DNA of 64,000 nt from Limisphaerales bacterium (lineage in GTDB: Bacteria > Verrucomicrobiota > Verrucomicrobiia > Limisphaerales > Palsa-1400). Under the pieces are notes generated by a model that was not told where the DNA came from, ran no database searches, and worked only from the letters and a program-made list of their open reading frames with translations. The position numbers and the translations under genes were made by a program. Where the stretch lies: contig JBKQWF010000170.1 in NCBI GenBank assembly GCA_052139695.1, positions 8,602 to 72,601 on the forward strand. Direction: 5' to 3'. Below, in pieces: positions 1 to 9,540 of the stretch (its first letter is position 1; each line of letters starts with the position of its first letter).

Positions 1-2
1 CC

Positions 3-278
3 ATCAACGACGGCTACTACGATACTGGCCAGTACGCTCCCAATGTGGACTCCGCATGGGGCGACATGCCGGCCTCCTACCATAATGGAGCTTGCGGTTT
101 TTCCTTTGCGGACGCTCATTCGGAGATTCATAAGTGGCTGGTGAAGAGCACGGACTCTCCGGTTGTTCCCGGCGGCGGCAATTGGGCGATTCCAGCTGTT
201 GGGAATGACTACAGGGATCGTCATTGGATCTGTCTCCATTCTTGCCTCGGCAAAGGTCTCAACGGCTATAATAATTAA
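3..278 (+). CDS. 3' fragment of a prepilin-type (pseudopilin-like) protein with an H-X9-D(G/A) tail; 5' end lies outside the window
   Basis: Frame is open from nt 3 to the left edge. The tail SYHNGACGFSFADAHSEIHKW is paralogous to [20 protein letters not shown] at the C-terminus of the 5878..8211 ORF. Stop TAA at 276-278. Confidence 0.7.
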   Translation: MNDGYYDTGQYAPNVDSAWGDMPASYHNGACGFSFADAHSEIHKWLVKSTDSPVVPGGGNWAIPAVGNDYRDRHWICLHSCLGKGLNGYNN

Positions 279-342
279 GCCCAACCGCTATCGTCAGCGG
301 CGGATAATGATGCAAGCTTAGCCGCATCCACGCGGATGGATT

Positions 343-367
343 GGGGGTAGCGGGCGTCTCGCCGAAG
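343..367 (-). repeat. REP-like family 1 copy (CTTCGGCG-AGA-CGCCCGCTACCCCC on the minus strand)
   Basis: Intergenic. Hairpin GGCG/CGCC with an AGA loop. Shares the CTTCG lead and the C-rich tail with the other copies. Confidence 0.55.
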
Positions 368-417
368 GCTGCGGCACCTGCAATTGTCCACCAATACAGG
401 GGTGTTCAGACCAAAAT

Positions 418-465
418 CAGCCAGCGAGACGCTGGCTGAAAGCGACCGAGACGGTCGCGCTCCCC
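418..465 (+). repeat. REP-like family 1 double hairpin
   Basis: CAGCCAGCG-AGA-CGCTGGCTG (418-438), then GCGACCG-AGA-CGGTCGC (442-458), then GCTCCCC. Confidence 0.65.
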
Positions 466-494
466 GATGTCAACTGAATCAATCTCGGCTTTAA

Positions 495-821
495 ATGAAG
501 GACTTAAAATCCGTTGCCTCTTCCAATGCCTCTTTTTTAAAACCTGTGGAAGGGGGGCTTGCCTTGGCGGTGAAGGTCCAGCCGCGCGCTTCGGCCAACG
601 AAATCTGCGGCCCCCTGGGTGGTGAACTAAAAATCAAAGTGACCGCTCCGCCGGTGGATTCGGCGGCCAACGAGGCGCTGATTGAATTCCTCGCGGAGAA
701 ATTGGGCTGCGCGAAAGGCGCGGTCACCATTGTGCGTGGACACGCTTCGCGCCACAAAATGATCCGCTTAACCGGTTTGAAGGAAGCGGATGCGCGGCAG
801 CGATTGGGTTTTCTCTTTTAA
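495..821 (+). CDS. DUF167 (YggU-like) family protein
   Basis: 108 aa. LAVKVQPRASANEI...GELKIKVTAPPVDSAANEALIEFLAEKLG...VTIVRGHASRHK is the typical DUF167 core. Lies upstream of ftsK on the same strand. Confidence 0.85.
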   Translation: MKDLKSVASSNASFLKPVEGGLALAVKVQPRASANEICGPLGGELKIKVTAPPVDSAANEALIEFLAEKLGCAKGAVTIVRGHASRHKMIRLTGLKEADARQRLGFLF

Positions 822-851
822 CCGCGAAGGCGGCGCGGTAACTTACAACTT

Positions 852-3524
852 GTGGCTCGCAAAGACGCAAGGTCTTCTTCTTCGCATGGTTTGAACGATG
901 TCATTGGCATCGTGCTCGGGGCAGCCGCGCTCTTGCTCATGGTGGCCTTGCTCACTTATGACAAGGGTGATTCGGCCGTCAACATCGTTCCCATCAACAA
1001 CCCGCCGCACAACATGGGTGGCCCGCTGGGAGCGTGGGTGGCGGCGAAGCTCTTCTGGGTTTTCGGGATTGGCGCTTTCATGATCCCTGTCCTGCTGTTG
1101 ATCTTTGGCCTGGGTTATCTTTTCCAATTCCTGTCCTATCTGCAACGGCGCTGGCTCTGGGGCGCGGTCTTGCTCCTTTGCTGCATGGGCCTGGCCAGCA
1201 CGTTTGAAAAGGATTTCCGCCCGCTCGACCACCTGCGGCATTCCCTCAATACCTCCAATGTGGGCGGCATCATCGGCCAATTCCTCGATCAATACGTTCT
1301 CCATTACGTGGGCAAAGTCGGCGCGACCATTGTCCTCAGCGCGGCCTATCTTATCAGCCTTATCTACCTGACAAATTTTCAATTGGGCGAATGGTGCCGC
1401 CAGCTCTGGGCGGAGCGCGTTGACCAGGCCAAAGTGACCGCGAGCGAGAGCGAATTGGAACGGCGCGCCCGCGACTTGGAAAAGCAGGCCCGCAAATTGC
1501 AGGAACAAGTCGAGAAATCCAGCAAATCCGGGGGCACGAAGGTCCTCGAACCAGCCGCTTTGGGCGCCGATATGCGCCCGGTTCCGGAACCGACCGTCCG
1601 CGACCTGAGTGTCCCGCAAGGCAAGCCCGGTGATCGCCAAAGAAAACATCCGCCACCGTCCGAGGCGGCAAAAGAGGCCGCCGCGCATGAGGACGGCATG
1701 GTCATTCCTGCCAAAGAAGTCGCCGCTGCCACGACGGCTGATGTTTTGGGCCAGGCCCCGTCGGCCAAGACCGAGGCTGCGAACAATGCCGAGGAAACAA
1801 CGTCGCCGGAGAAACCGCCGTCGAGCGAACCCGAGGCCCACGAGCCATTGGCCGCGGCCGCTCCGCCCAAATCCAGACCGGCTCCACGCAAACCCAAACC
1901 GATTGCCGCCGCCGCGCCGCCGAAAATTGGCAATTACACCCTGCCGTCGTTGGATTTCTTGCAGCTTCCCGACATCACCGCCAAGCCGACGGAATCGAAA
2001 GAGGAATTGATGGCCAACGCGCGCCTGATCCAGCAGACGCTGGCGCAGTTTGACATTGAAGTTTCCCTCGGCGACATCACCAAGGGGCCGACTATCACCC
2101 GCTACGAATTGCATCCCGCGCCCGGGGTCAAGCTCGAGAAGATTGCCAACCTGAACAGCAACATCGCCGCCGCGCTCAAGGCCGAGCGCATCAATGTGCT
2201 GACGCCAGTTCCCGGCAAAAGTTCCGTCGGCATCGAGATACCAAATTTAGTCAAGACCAAAGTCATCATGCGGGACATTTTTGAGTCGGACGAATGGCGG
2301 CACACCAAGGCGCGCATCCCGCTGGCCCTGGGCAAGGACGTTTATGGCCAGGCGGTCGTGGCCGACCTCTCGGAAATGCCGCACCTCCTGATCGCGGGCA
2401 GCACCGGCTCGGGCAAATCCGTATGCATCAACGCGATCATCGCTTCCCTGCTTTACAAGTTTCCGCCCGATCAATTGCGCTTTGTCATGATCGATCCGAA
2501 GGTGGTGGAACTGCAACAATACAATACGCTGCCCCACCTGGTCGTGCCGGTGGTGACGGACCCCAAAAAGGTCATCCTGGCCTTGCGCTGGGTGGTCAAT
2601 GAAATGGAGAAGCGCTACCAGATTTTTGCCAGGGTGGGCGTGCGCAATATCCGCTCCTTTAACGAACGGCCCAAGAACAAGCCCCTTCCCGTTTCCGAAC
2701 CGGAATTGCCCCTCACCGTCCGCAAGGAAAAGGTGGAAGCGGTTTCGGACGGATTTGCCGTGGAATTGGACGAGGAGATCGTCGTGCCGCGCGATGAGGA
2801 AATCGTCATTCCGGATTACCTCAGTTATATCGTGGTGGTGATTGACGAATTGGCCGACTTGATGCTTGTCGCCCCGGCGGACGTGGAAATGGCCATCGCC
2901 CGCATCACGCAGATGGCGCGGGCCGCCGGGATTCATTGCATCGTGGCCACGCAACGGCCCAGCGTCGATGTCATCACCGGCGTGATCAAGGCCAACATCC
3001 CCGCGCGCATCGCCTTTCAGGTGGCGGCCAAGGTGGATTCCCGCACGATTCTTGACGCGATGGGCGCGGACAAACTGCTGGGCAAAGGAGACATGCTTTA
3101 TCTGCCCCCAGGTTCGGCGCAATTAAAACGCGTGCAAGGGGCGCTGATCACGGACGCCGAGCTGCAAAAGGTGGTGGACTTCATCGCGCGCCAAGGCAAA
3201 CCCAGTTACGAACTGGAAATCCACCAGCAATTGCAGAAGGTGGGCACGGGCATGGAGACGGAAAATGGGGCCAGCGGAGAGGACGAGGAACTCATCCAAC
3301 AGTGCATCGAAGTCATCCGCAGCGAGCAAAAGGCCAGCGTCTCTTTGATGCAGCGCCGCTTGCGCCTGGGTTATACCCGCGCCGCCCGCATTATGGACGA
3401 ACTCGAATTGCGCGGCATCGTCGGCCCCAGCAAAGGCGCCGAGCCGCGCGATATTCTGATTGACCTCGATGGCGGCGGCGCCGACGGCCGCCCGCCGGCT
3501 GACGACGCGGAACCGGCGCCGTAA
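852..3524 (+). CDS. ftsK: DNA translocase FtsK/SpoIIIE
   Basis: 890 aa with a GTG start. N-terminal TM helices, a long Pro/Ala/Lys-rich linker, Walker A GSTGSGKS (about nt 2398-2421), Walker B VVVIDELADLM, and a C-terminal gamma winged helix (SVSLMQRRLRLGYTRAARIMDELELRGIVGP). Confidence 0.95.
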   Translation: MARKDARSSSSHGLNDVIGIVLGAAALLLMVALLTYDKGDSAVNIVPINNPPHNMGGPLGAWVAAKLFWVFGIGAFMIPVLLLIFGLGYLFQFLSYLQRRWLWGAVLLLCCMGLASTFEKDFRPLDHLRHSLNTSNVGGIIGQFLDQYVLHYVGKVGATIVLSAAYLISLIYLTNFQLGEWCRQLWAERVDQAKVTASESELERRARDLEKQARKLQEQVEKSSKSGGTKVLEPAALGADMRPVPEPTVRDLSVPQGKPGDRQRKHPPPSEAAKEAAAHEDGMVIPAKEVAAATTADVLGQAPSAKTEAANNAEETTSPEKPPSSEPEAHEPLAAAAPPKSRPAPRKPKPIAAAAPPKIGNYTLPSLDFLQLPDITAKPTESKEELMANARLIQQTLAQFDIEVSLGDITKGPTITRYELHPAPGVKLEKIANLNSNIAAALKAERINVLTPVPGKSSVGIEIPNLVKTKVIMRDIFESDEWRHTKARIPLALGKDVYGQAVVADLSEMPHLLIAGSTGSGKSVCINAIIASLLYKFPPDQLRFVMIDPKVVELQQYNTLPHLVVPVVTDPKKVILALRWVVNEMEKRYQIFARVGVRNIRSFNERPKNKPLPVSEPELPLTVRKEKVEAVSDGFAVELDEEIVVPRDEEIVIPDYLSYIVVVIDELADLMLVAPADVEMAIARITQMARAAGIHCIVATQRPSVDVITGVIKANIPARIAFQVAAKVDSRTILDAMGADKLLGKGDMLYLPPGSAQLKRVQGALITDAELQKVVDFIARQGKPSYELEIHQQLQKVGTGMETENGASGEDEELIQQCIEVIRSEQKASVSLMQRRLRLGYTRAARIMDELELRGIVGPSKGAEPRDILIDLDGGGADGRPPADDAEPAP

Positions 3525-3585
3525 GCGCCAATCCCACGGCATTCTGAATTACACCACCAAGCCGTATCTATGCGGAATGGATTCT

Positions 3586-3611
3586 GAGCGCGGGCGTCCC
3601 GCCCGCCGAAG
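3586..3611 (-). repeat. REP-like family 1 copy
   Basis: Minus strand reads CTTCGGCGGGCG-GGA-CGCCCGCGCTC. Intergenic, after ftsK. Confidence 0.55.
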
Positions 3612-4016
3612 TCATCAGCGCCGCGAGAGTTTTCAAGTTTTCAGTAAGATGTGAGTGGGTTTGGCTCCTCCGTCGGCCGGCGGGACCCCCGGCTGGAATT
3701 TAGTGTGGCTCGGAGTCTTCATACCTTCAACATTTGGCGGGCTTGGGCCGAGGCGATCTGAATAGTCTCTCAATCACTAAACGTGGCCAATGCATTTGTT
3801 AAATGGATAAACTGGTTTTCATAAAGAAGTTCCAAAGTTAGGAACTGCCCCTTCTCCCTCACAATCCCTGCCGCCGCAAAGCTCTCATCGGCAAAATCTT
3901 AGGCACTATCTAAGCAGCATTCAGGCGCCTGCATGCACGCGAACGGAGGAAAAGCGCGGGAATTCCAGAAAAAAAGTGCGGAGCTTCACACGAAAGCGTA
4001 ATATGCTGCCAAACTG

Positions 4017-4532
4017 ATGCTCACGATCCCGCATTGCAAAGAGAGCCTTAGCCGCGCATACGTCACCGCCGTGGTCGGACGCTCGCGCAATAACCTACTG
4101 TGGGGACGCGAATACGATTATGGCGTGGACGGCTCCGTTCGGATTCTCAAACAGCGAGGAACTCGAATCCGTGAGATAGGGTTGGGCTTTGATTTTCAGA
4201 GCAAGACCACGACGGACTGGGAAATTGGCGGCGCCGAGGTTGTTTATGATCTCGAAGCAGATGCCTATAACGATTTGGTGGAACGCGCTGGGTCTGGCGC
4301 TTTTCCTTTTCTTTTGGTGTTGCTGTGTCTTCCAAAAGACGAGGCAGGTTGGCTCGATGTTTCGCTGGACCAACTGATCCTTCAGAAGTGTGCTTTTTGG
4401 TTGAAACTGAATGGGGCGCTGACAAATAACGCCGCGACGCGACGAATTCGTATTCCAGTGGCGAACGTATTCACTCCCGCTGCCGTCAGCGGAATCCTTC
4501 ACGACATCGAAACTGGAGTGATGCTACCATGA
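4017..4532 (+). CDS. DUF4365-like PD-(D/E)xK (restriction-endonuclease-fold) protein, gene A of a two-gene cassette
   Basis: 171 aa. The motif order E9 ... D34-YGVDG ... FQ61-S-K63 ... PFLLVLLCLP ... CAFWLKL matches my recollection of the DUF4365 pattern (E, DxGxD, QxK, hydrophobic strand, xYW). Overlaps the next ORF by 4 nt (ATGA). Lower G+C than the flanks. Confidence 0.6.
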   Translation: MLTIPHCKESLSRAYVTAVVGRSRNNLLWGREYDYGVDGSVRILKQRGTRIREIGLGFDFQSKTTTDWEIGGAEVVYDLEADAYNDLVERAGSGAFPFLLVLLCLPKDEAGWLDVSLDQLILQKCAFWLKLNGALTNNAATRRIRIPVANVFTPAAVSGILHDIETGVMLP

Positions 4533-5665
4533 GCTTCCTTCCAGCAACTGCCGCTGTGTTGACGAATCTACGGAAATACCTGCTCTCGCATGGTTGGGTT
4601 AAGGTTGTCCATCCAAACACACGAATTGAGCTTCTCCAAAGCAAAACGGATGGGTCAGGAGATTACGCTTCTCTTTCCATTCCGACATCGCCTGAACTGC
4701 GTGACGCTGCGAGCCTCATCAATGAGGCAGTTCGACTGGTGGCGGACTACGAGAGCATGCCGCTGCAGCAGATAGTTGATCGTGTGTTGCGTTGGGATCG
4801 GGACATCTTGCGGATGCGGTTTTTCAAAGTGGTAGGCAGTGAAGATTCGTTGCCACTCGAAATCGCTGCTGAATCGATCTCCAATCTAAAGGAGTTCATT
4901 GGCTATGCCGCCTACACCCATAGCAATCCGCAACCATTTTTTGATAAGGCTGGAGCGATAAGTGCTGAGTTCGCACAGCACTGTTTGTTTGGCCACACGT
5001 TTCAAGGCAGCTTCGGTTTAACCATCGAGTGCCCGCTCGCAGTTGTGCCTGAGCTTCCAATGGAAGGAAATGAACCTGTCGTCCCAATAGAGCGACAGGT
5101 ATTCGAGCGAGTCGCCAACGGTCTGGTAATCCTGCGGGAGTCCGTTGCGAAGGAATCCATTGACCCACTTCTTGCCGGCTATCTCACTGGCTTCAGCGCG
5201 AATATGTGCAGGAAGCTGGCAGAGATTTACCAGAAAGCGGATGGACGGCGAATCGAATATGATATTGCCTGGAGCCCGCAACTTCCTACTGCATGTGAGC
5301 CCGCTTGGAAACCTTTTGTATTTGAAGGTCGTGCTTATGATTTCGCGAGGATTGCTGCCGGCGAACTGGAAAAGGCTGAAAAATTTCCCGAATCGGTAAT
5401 TGAAGGTCGCATCGTCGTTCTAAAGTCGGAGATGCCTCCTGGTCTGGACGAACAAGCGGAATTCGAGCATATCATCACGATGTTCTGGGAGCGCGAAAAA
5501 GGTCAGCTCACCAAGATTCGAGTGCCGCTTACCCCAGCACAGTACATGCAGGCTTGCGATGCCCACAAGGAGGGCAAAGCAATCCGGATTTTTGGTGTTC
5601 CGGAAAAAGCTGGAAAGTTCTGGACGCTGACAAAGGTGCATGATTTCACGGTTTTGAATAAATAG
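4529..5665 (+). CDS. hypothetical protein, gene B of the two-gene cassette; no recognisable motif
   Basis: 378-aa ORF translationally coupled to gene A (ATGA overlap at 4529-4532). Globular-looking composition, no TM segment, no P-loop, no metal-binding or nuclease signature that I can see. Same lowered G+C as gene A. Confidence 0.6.
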   Translation: MSFLPATAAVLTNLRKYLLSHGWVKVVHPNTRIELLQSKTDGSGDYASLSIPTSPELRDAASLINEAVRLVADYESMPLQQIVDRVLRWDRDILRMRFFKVVGSEDSLPLEIAAESISNLKEFIGYAAYTHSNPQPFFDKAGAISAEFAQHCLFGHTFQGSFGLTIECPLAVVPELPMEGNEPVVPIERQVFERVANGLVILRESVAKESIDPLLAGYLTGFSANMCRKLAEIYQKADGRRIEYDIAWSPQLPTACEPAWKPFVFEGRAYDFARIAAGELEKAEKFPESVIEGRIVVLKSEMPPGLDEQAEFEHIITMFWEREKGQLTKIRVPLTPAQYMQACDAHKEGKAIRIFGVPEKAGKFWTLTKVHDFTVLNK

Positions 5666-5877
5666 GGTGATGGCACGAAGCGCAAACGCTGTCCGGCATA
5701 AACTGTGTTTGCCGCTACGAAACAAGCCGTCTCGATACGTTGTGTGCCAGCCCCGAAATCACCCGCTCGAATTCTCTGCAACGCATCGAAAGCCGCGACA
5801 AAACTCACGCCAAAACCACGCCAATAACGAGAAAGCTTCATAATCCGGCGCGCGATGATGCCTGACGGGCGCAGTTT

Positions 5878-8211
5878 TCACAGTGGAGGGGGCATTGTTC
5901 CGTTGGCGTTGGCGGAGGTGCGCGCGCGCATCCAGAGCCAGTCCTGCATATCCCGTTTATTGGCCACGGGCGCCTGCTTGATTTTCTTGGCCGGACTCAT
6001 CCAATGGTGGGATTCGGAATGGCCGTCGGCAAAGGCAAATCCGCAACCGCCGTTATGATAGATTCCCGGCGCATCGATCCAGACCGCTTCCTCCATGCCA
6101 AAGGCAAAGGCGGCGTCGTTCAGGCCTTTGGGGTCCTCGTCGAGCAGCACCCAGAGATTTGCCGGGCCCGGGGCGCGGATGGCGGAGGACTTGCCATAAG
6201 TGATCCATGGCGAATCGCGCAAGTGGTTGTCCTCATTGTTCAACCAGGGGCCGTTGACCGGCAGGGTTGGCGCGCCGCTGTGGGCGTGCGCGGCGTGGTT
6301 CCTTTCCGCCGCGTCGTATCCGGGGCAAATCGTCCCGACGGCCTGGCTCATCGAGAAGGTGCGGGCCGCCGGGACATAGGTTCCCAGCAACGCCGGGTCG
6401 GACCCTTGATAGAGGCCCTGCCGCATATCCGCGGGGCAGCGGAATAGTTTCACATTGCCGCCCACGTAGTGGATAAGGAGGCTGCGTTTCGGGTCGGCGA
6501 GCAAATCCGAATCAAACTCCGCCGGCTGGCCGATGCCGGCCTCGCCCGAACACCAGTTGTGACCCGGGATCGTGTTCCCGTCGTCGGGGTCGGGCGGGAA
6601 AAAGTCCGCGTTGTCAGCCGTATAACTGGTAAGAGCGATGATCATTTGACGGCCGTTGTTCAGGCAATACGTTCCCTCCGCCTGGCCCTTGCCGCGCGAC
6701 AAGGCGGGGAGCAGCAGGGACGCGAGAATGCTGATAATCGCAATCGACACCAGCAATTCAATCAGCGTAAAGCCGGCGGCGGCAGTTTGCTTCGCCGGCG
6801 CAACCGCGGGCGCTGGCGTCCGCACAAAACAGGCCCGCACAGCCGCGCTGATGATCCCTGCCAGCAACCCGACGAGCATCGCCGCCAATACCGCGGTCCC
6901 CCAAAGTACCGGGTAAACCCAGGGGTACATCGGCTTCACCTCCGGCCGCGCCGGAGCGATCACTTCGACCGAGGGGCGGCTTGTATCCCGTTGCGCCATC
7001 CAGATTGTGGCGACACTGTTGGCCAGGTCGGCCGCCCCGCGGCGGTCCATGTCGTACGCTCCAATCGTGATCATGGTTTGATTGGTCATCTCCGCCTGGA
7101 TCAGGCCTCGCATAAAACCCGCCATGCGCGTCCGCGGCACCGGCGGCCCGCCCAAAAGATAATGGCCCAGCCGCCGAGCGACTCCCGGATTCTGAAACGC
7201 CGCCTCACGCATGACATCCTCGGAATGGACAGAACTGACTTCTTCATGAATCACCTTCGGATCGTTCGACCCAAGTTGGAGCAAGGTCTGGCTGAAATAG
7301 ACATGCGGGACGAATATTTCGATGGCCACGGCTGCGGCAATGAACCCCGCCACGGATGCGCCCGCCCAGGCCCACCAAAGCGTCCGCCGCGGCGCTCGAT
7401 CCGACCGCAGCGCCAGCATCGCCCGGTCCGCCTTGCTCAACTCGATCGCCACCGATTTGGTATCGCGCCGCAGTTCCCGCACGAGCATCGCGCCGCACGG
7501 AACGAAAGCGAACCCGCAAACAACAAACAGAATTCGCACCGCCGGGTCGAAGTGCCCGAAATTCCACCCGGCGCCTTCGGCGGCGTTCTTGCAGTCAATG
7601 CCATGCAGTTGCAGCAGTTTCATGGTCTCGGCATCCGCCGCGGCCAGGAAGCGAATGCGCGGGCGGCCTGGGAGCATGATGCGCAGACGTTTCGACCCAT
7701 TGGGCTGTTGCAGGAGCTCGAATTTCGCGCCGGTGGTTTCATTGACAATGCGCGCCACCGTCGCCGGGGGGATGGACTGCTCGGTCCAGTAGGACTTGAA
7801 CGCCAGTTGGTAGAAGCTGGCGGCCAGGCATATCGCGGGCAGCGCCATCCCCAAAAGACACCATTCGGCGAGGCGCTTGCGCTGCGCGTCATCACTGGAC
7901 TCGGTATCCGCGTAACTGACGGGCAGACGCCGCCACCATTTGACCAGCCAGCCCAGCGGAAGGATGATGACGATCAGATAATCCAGGCAGGCCCATAGGC
8001 CCAACGCGTCTCGTGCGCCAGCAAATGGACCGGCCAAAGCAGCCGGGATCGCCGCGAAGAGACCAAAGCCAACTGTCAACCAAATCCAAAAGCGCGTGGC
8101 GCGGCGGCACTCGCGCGCCGACCAGCGGACGGAGCGCCCCATAATCCAACCGAAGACACCTCCCAGGATAGCAAGGAAACCGACCAGCCAAAGAATCACT
8201 TTCGGCGTCAT
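5878..8211 (-). CDS. fusion ORF: N-terminal polytopic membrane region + Wzz/GumC-like chain-length-determinant-type periplasmic module + complete prepilin-type signal and H-X9-DG domain
   Basis: 777-aa uninterrupted frame. Residues about 1-290 carry several TM helices. Residues about 290-470 form TM - [12 protein letters not shown]...[26 protein letters not shown]...[17 protein letters not shown] - TM, which is Wzz-like topology and motifs. Then AAAG|[24 protein letters not shown] (class III signal, nt 6751-6774) and the tail [14 protein letters not shown] (H-X9-DG, about nt 6003-6062). Possible internal starts at 6930 (MYPW) and 6879 (MLVGLL). Confidence 0.6.
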   Translation of the reverse strand: MTPKVILWLVGFLAILGGVFGWIMGRSVRWSARECRRATRFWIWLTVGFGLFAAIPAALAGPFAGARDALGLWACLDYLIVIILPLGWLVKWWRRLPVSYADTESSDDAQRKRLAEWCLLGMALPAICLAASFYQLAFKSYWTEQSIPPATVARIVNETTGAKFELLQQPNGSKRLRIMLPGRPRIRFLAAADAETMKLLQLHGIDCKNAAEGAGWNFGHFDPAVRILFVVCGFAFVPCGAMLVRELRRDTKSVAIELSKADRAMLALRSDRAPRRTLWWAWAGASVAGFIAAAVAIEIFVPHVYFSQTLLQLGSNDPKVIHEEVSSVHSEDVMREAAFQNPGVARRLGHYLLGGPPVPRTRMAGFMRGLIQAEMTNQTMITIGAYDMDRRGAADLANSVATIWMAQRDTSRPSVEVIAPARPEVKPMYPWVYPVLWGTAVLAAMLVGLLAGIISAAVRACFVRTPAPAVAPAKQTAAAGFTLIELLVSIAIISILASLLLPALSRGKGQAEGTYCLNNGRQMIIALTSYTADNADFFPPDPDDGNTIPGHNWCSGEAGIGQPAEFDSDLLADPKRSLLIHYVGGNVKLFRCPADMRQGLYQGSDPALLGTYVPAARTFSMSQAVGTICPGYDAAERNHAAHAHSGAPTLPVNGPWLNNEDNHLRDSPWITYGKSSAIRAPGPANLWVLLDEDPKGLNDAAFAFGMEEAVWIDAPGIYHNGGCGFAFADGHSESHHWMSPAKKIKQAPVANKRDMQDWLWMRARTSANANGTMPPPL

Positions 8212-8236
8212 AGGCTCGCCGTCAGATACAGTGGCA

Positions 8237-9118
8237 TTAAGCTTTTTTGACCTTCCAGGCCATGTCGAGCATTTCCCGGTCGTAAGGTTCAGGAATCACT
8301 CCTTCGGCGGCGTAGAGATAGAGGGCGCAACGATAGACGTTGCCCGCCACACCGGAAATGTAAGTCATCACCAGCAGACCGAGCAGCCAGATCGCGGCCG
8401 CAATGGCAATGAGCCACACGCTTTTGAAAAGGTAAGCCAGAGCTCCCGCCAACAAAAACGGCGGCAGCGAGCACAGAAAAATCGCCAATTCGGCGGCAGA
8501 AAACCCGACGTATCCAACCAAACTTTCGCCCCAAGCTTTCTTCAACGTCATGGCGGATTGCTGGAGGATCTTTAAGGGATTGCGCATCGGTTGCTCCTGA
8601 ATGATCACGGGAATGGCAAAGACAGCCGCGATGCTCCAAGCCAGACCGATAAATCCGGTGAAGATTCGTGCCGCGAACGGCAGACGCGCCTCCAGACTGC
8701 GAATGAGCCATCCCACTAAACCGGCGAAAAGCGACCAGACAACAATCGAAGGCAATCGGCCGTAGGCCGAGGCCAGGCCGCGCCGGAAGGAAACGCCCTT
8801 GCCATTGAGGGCCGCGATGATTTCGCTGTAAAAGGCGACGTTGAAAAAGGTGGCCAGAAGCATGGAGAGAAGATAGACCAACGGCACACAAAGCGCATAC
8901 GCCGCTCCGACAGCGGGAGTGGGAGCGAGATATTTATTGAGCGCAAGCCAATGGTGAGCGGCAACGGCGGGAATCACCATCGCCGAGAGAAAGAAGAGCG
9001 CGATGAATACTGTCAAAAATGTGATTAAAATCGGAAACCACAGCAGCTTGCGGTATTTGAACGTGACGCTGATAGACGCCTTGAAAAGGCGCCAACTGTT
9101 CTCGAATTTTGCCATCAT
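8237..9118 (-). CDS. polytopic membrane protein (resembles the DUF6159 type; family assigned from memory)
   Basis: 293 aa with about 6-7 hydrophobic helices. N-terminus [27 protein letters not shown]. 4-nt ATGA overlap with the upstream GntR gene. Confidence 0.6.
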   Translation of the reverse strand: MMAKFENSWRLFKASISVTFKYRKLLWFPILITFLTVFIALFFLSAMVIPAVAAHHWLALNKYLAPTPAVGAAYALCVPLVYLLSMLLATFFNVAFYSEIIAALNGKGVSFRRGLASAYGRLPSIVVWSLFAGLVGWLIRSLEARLPFAARIFTGFIGLAWSIAAVFAIPVIIQEQPMRNPLKILQQSAMTLKKAWGESLVGYVGFSAAELAIFLCSLPPFLLAGALAYLFKSVWLIAIAAAIWLLGLLVMTYISGVAGNVYRCALYLYAAEGVIPEPYDREMLDMAWKVKKA

Positions 9119-9516
9119 AAGGTTGAGGAGTTGATTTCTTTGATGAAACTTAACAATTCACGTTCAGTCAAGCCAACGCTGGCGGCGTCGGCCAACAGCC
9201 GCTGATAGAGGTTTTTGAACTGGGCTCTTTTCTCCCGGACGTTCGGAGTGAGATCGGCGGGCTGGGCCTGGATGAACGATCCCCGGCCGCGTTCATTGGC
9301 GATCATTCCCGTCAATTCCAATTCGCGATACGCCTTGGCCACGGTGTTTGGGTTGACGTTCAAACGCTCGCTTAAGGCGCGAATGGTGGGCAATTGGTCG
9401 CCTGGCTGGAAGGCGCCGGCCGCCACCGCCGCGCAGGCCTGATTGATAATCTGCCGATACACGGGAATGCCCGAATTATACTCGACTTGCCACTGATCCA
9501 ACACGGTCCCTGCCAT
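9115..9516 (-). CDS. GntR-family transcriptional regulator, short YtrA-like subfamily
   Basis: 133 aa. Winged-HTH IPVYRQIINQ...GDQLPTIRALSERLNVNPNTVAKAYRELELTGMIANERGRGSFI followed by a short C-terminal helical region. Confidence 0.85.
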   Translation of the reverse strand: MAGTVLDQWQVEYNSGIPVYRQIINQACAAVAAGAFQPGDQLPTIRALSERLNVNPNTVAKAYRELELTGMIANERGRGSFIQAQPADLTPNVREKRAQFKNLYQRLLADAASVGLTERELLSFIKEINSSTL

Positions 9517-9540
9517 AGAATCTGTGTCCTATTTAACTCT

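Noticed and set aside
843-2114. Long ORFs antisense to, or out of frame with, strong genes. Examples: 843..2114 (-), 6469..7998 (+), 13325..14323 (-), 15304..16425 (-), 34722..36173 (+), 36875..38122 (+), 39359..40408 (+), 45045..46061 (-), 46583..47956 (+), 51339..52922 (-).
   Set aside because: Their translations are Arg/Gly/Pro/Ala-rich low-complexity strings typical of shadow ORFs in high-GC DNA. Each fully overlaps a gene with clear family motifs on the other strand or frame.
5503-5841. A 112-aa minus-strand ORF at the right border of the low-GC islet, considered as a possible third gene of the cassette or an integrase fragment.
   Set aside because: Two thirds of it overlaps gene B on the opposite strand. 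The non-overlapping approx 58 codons show no motif. I cannot support it from sequence alone.
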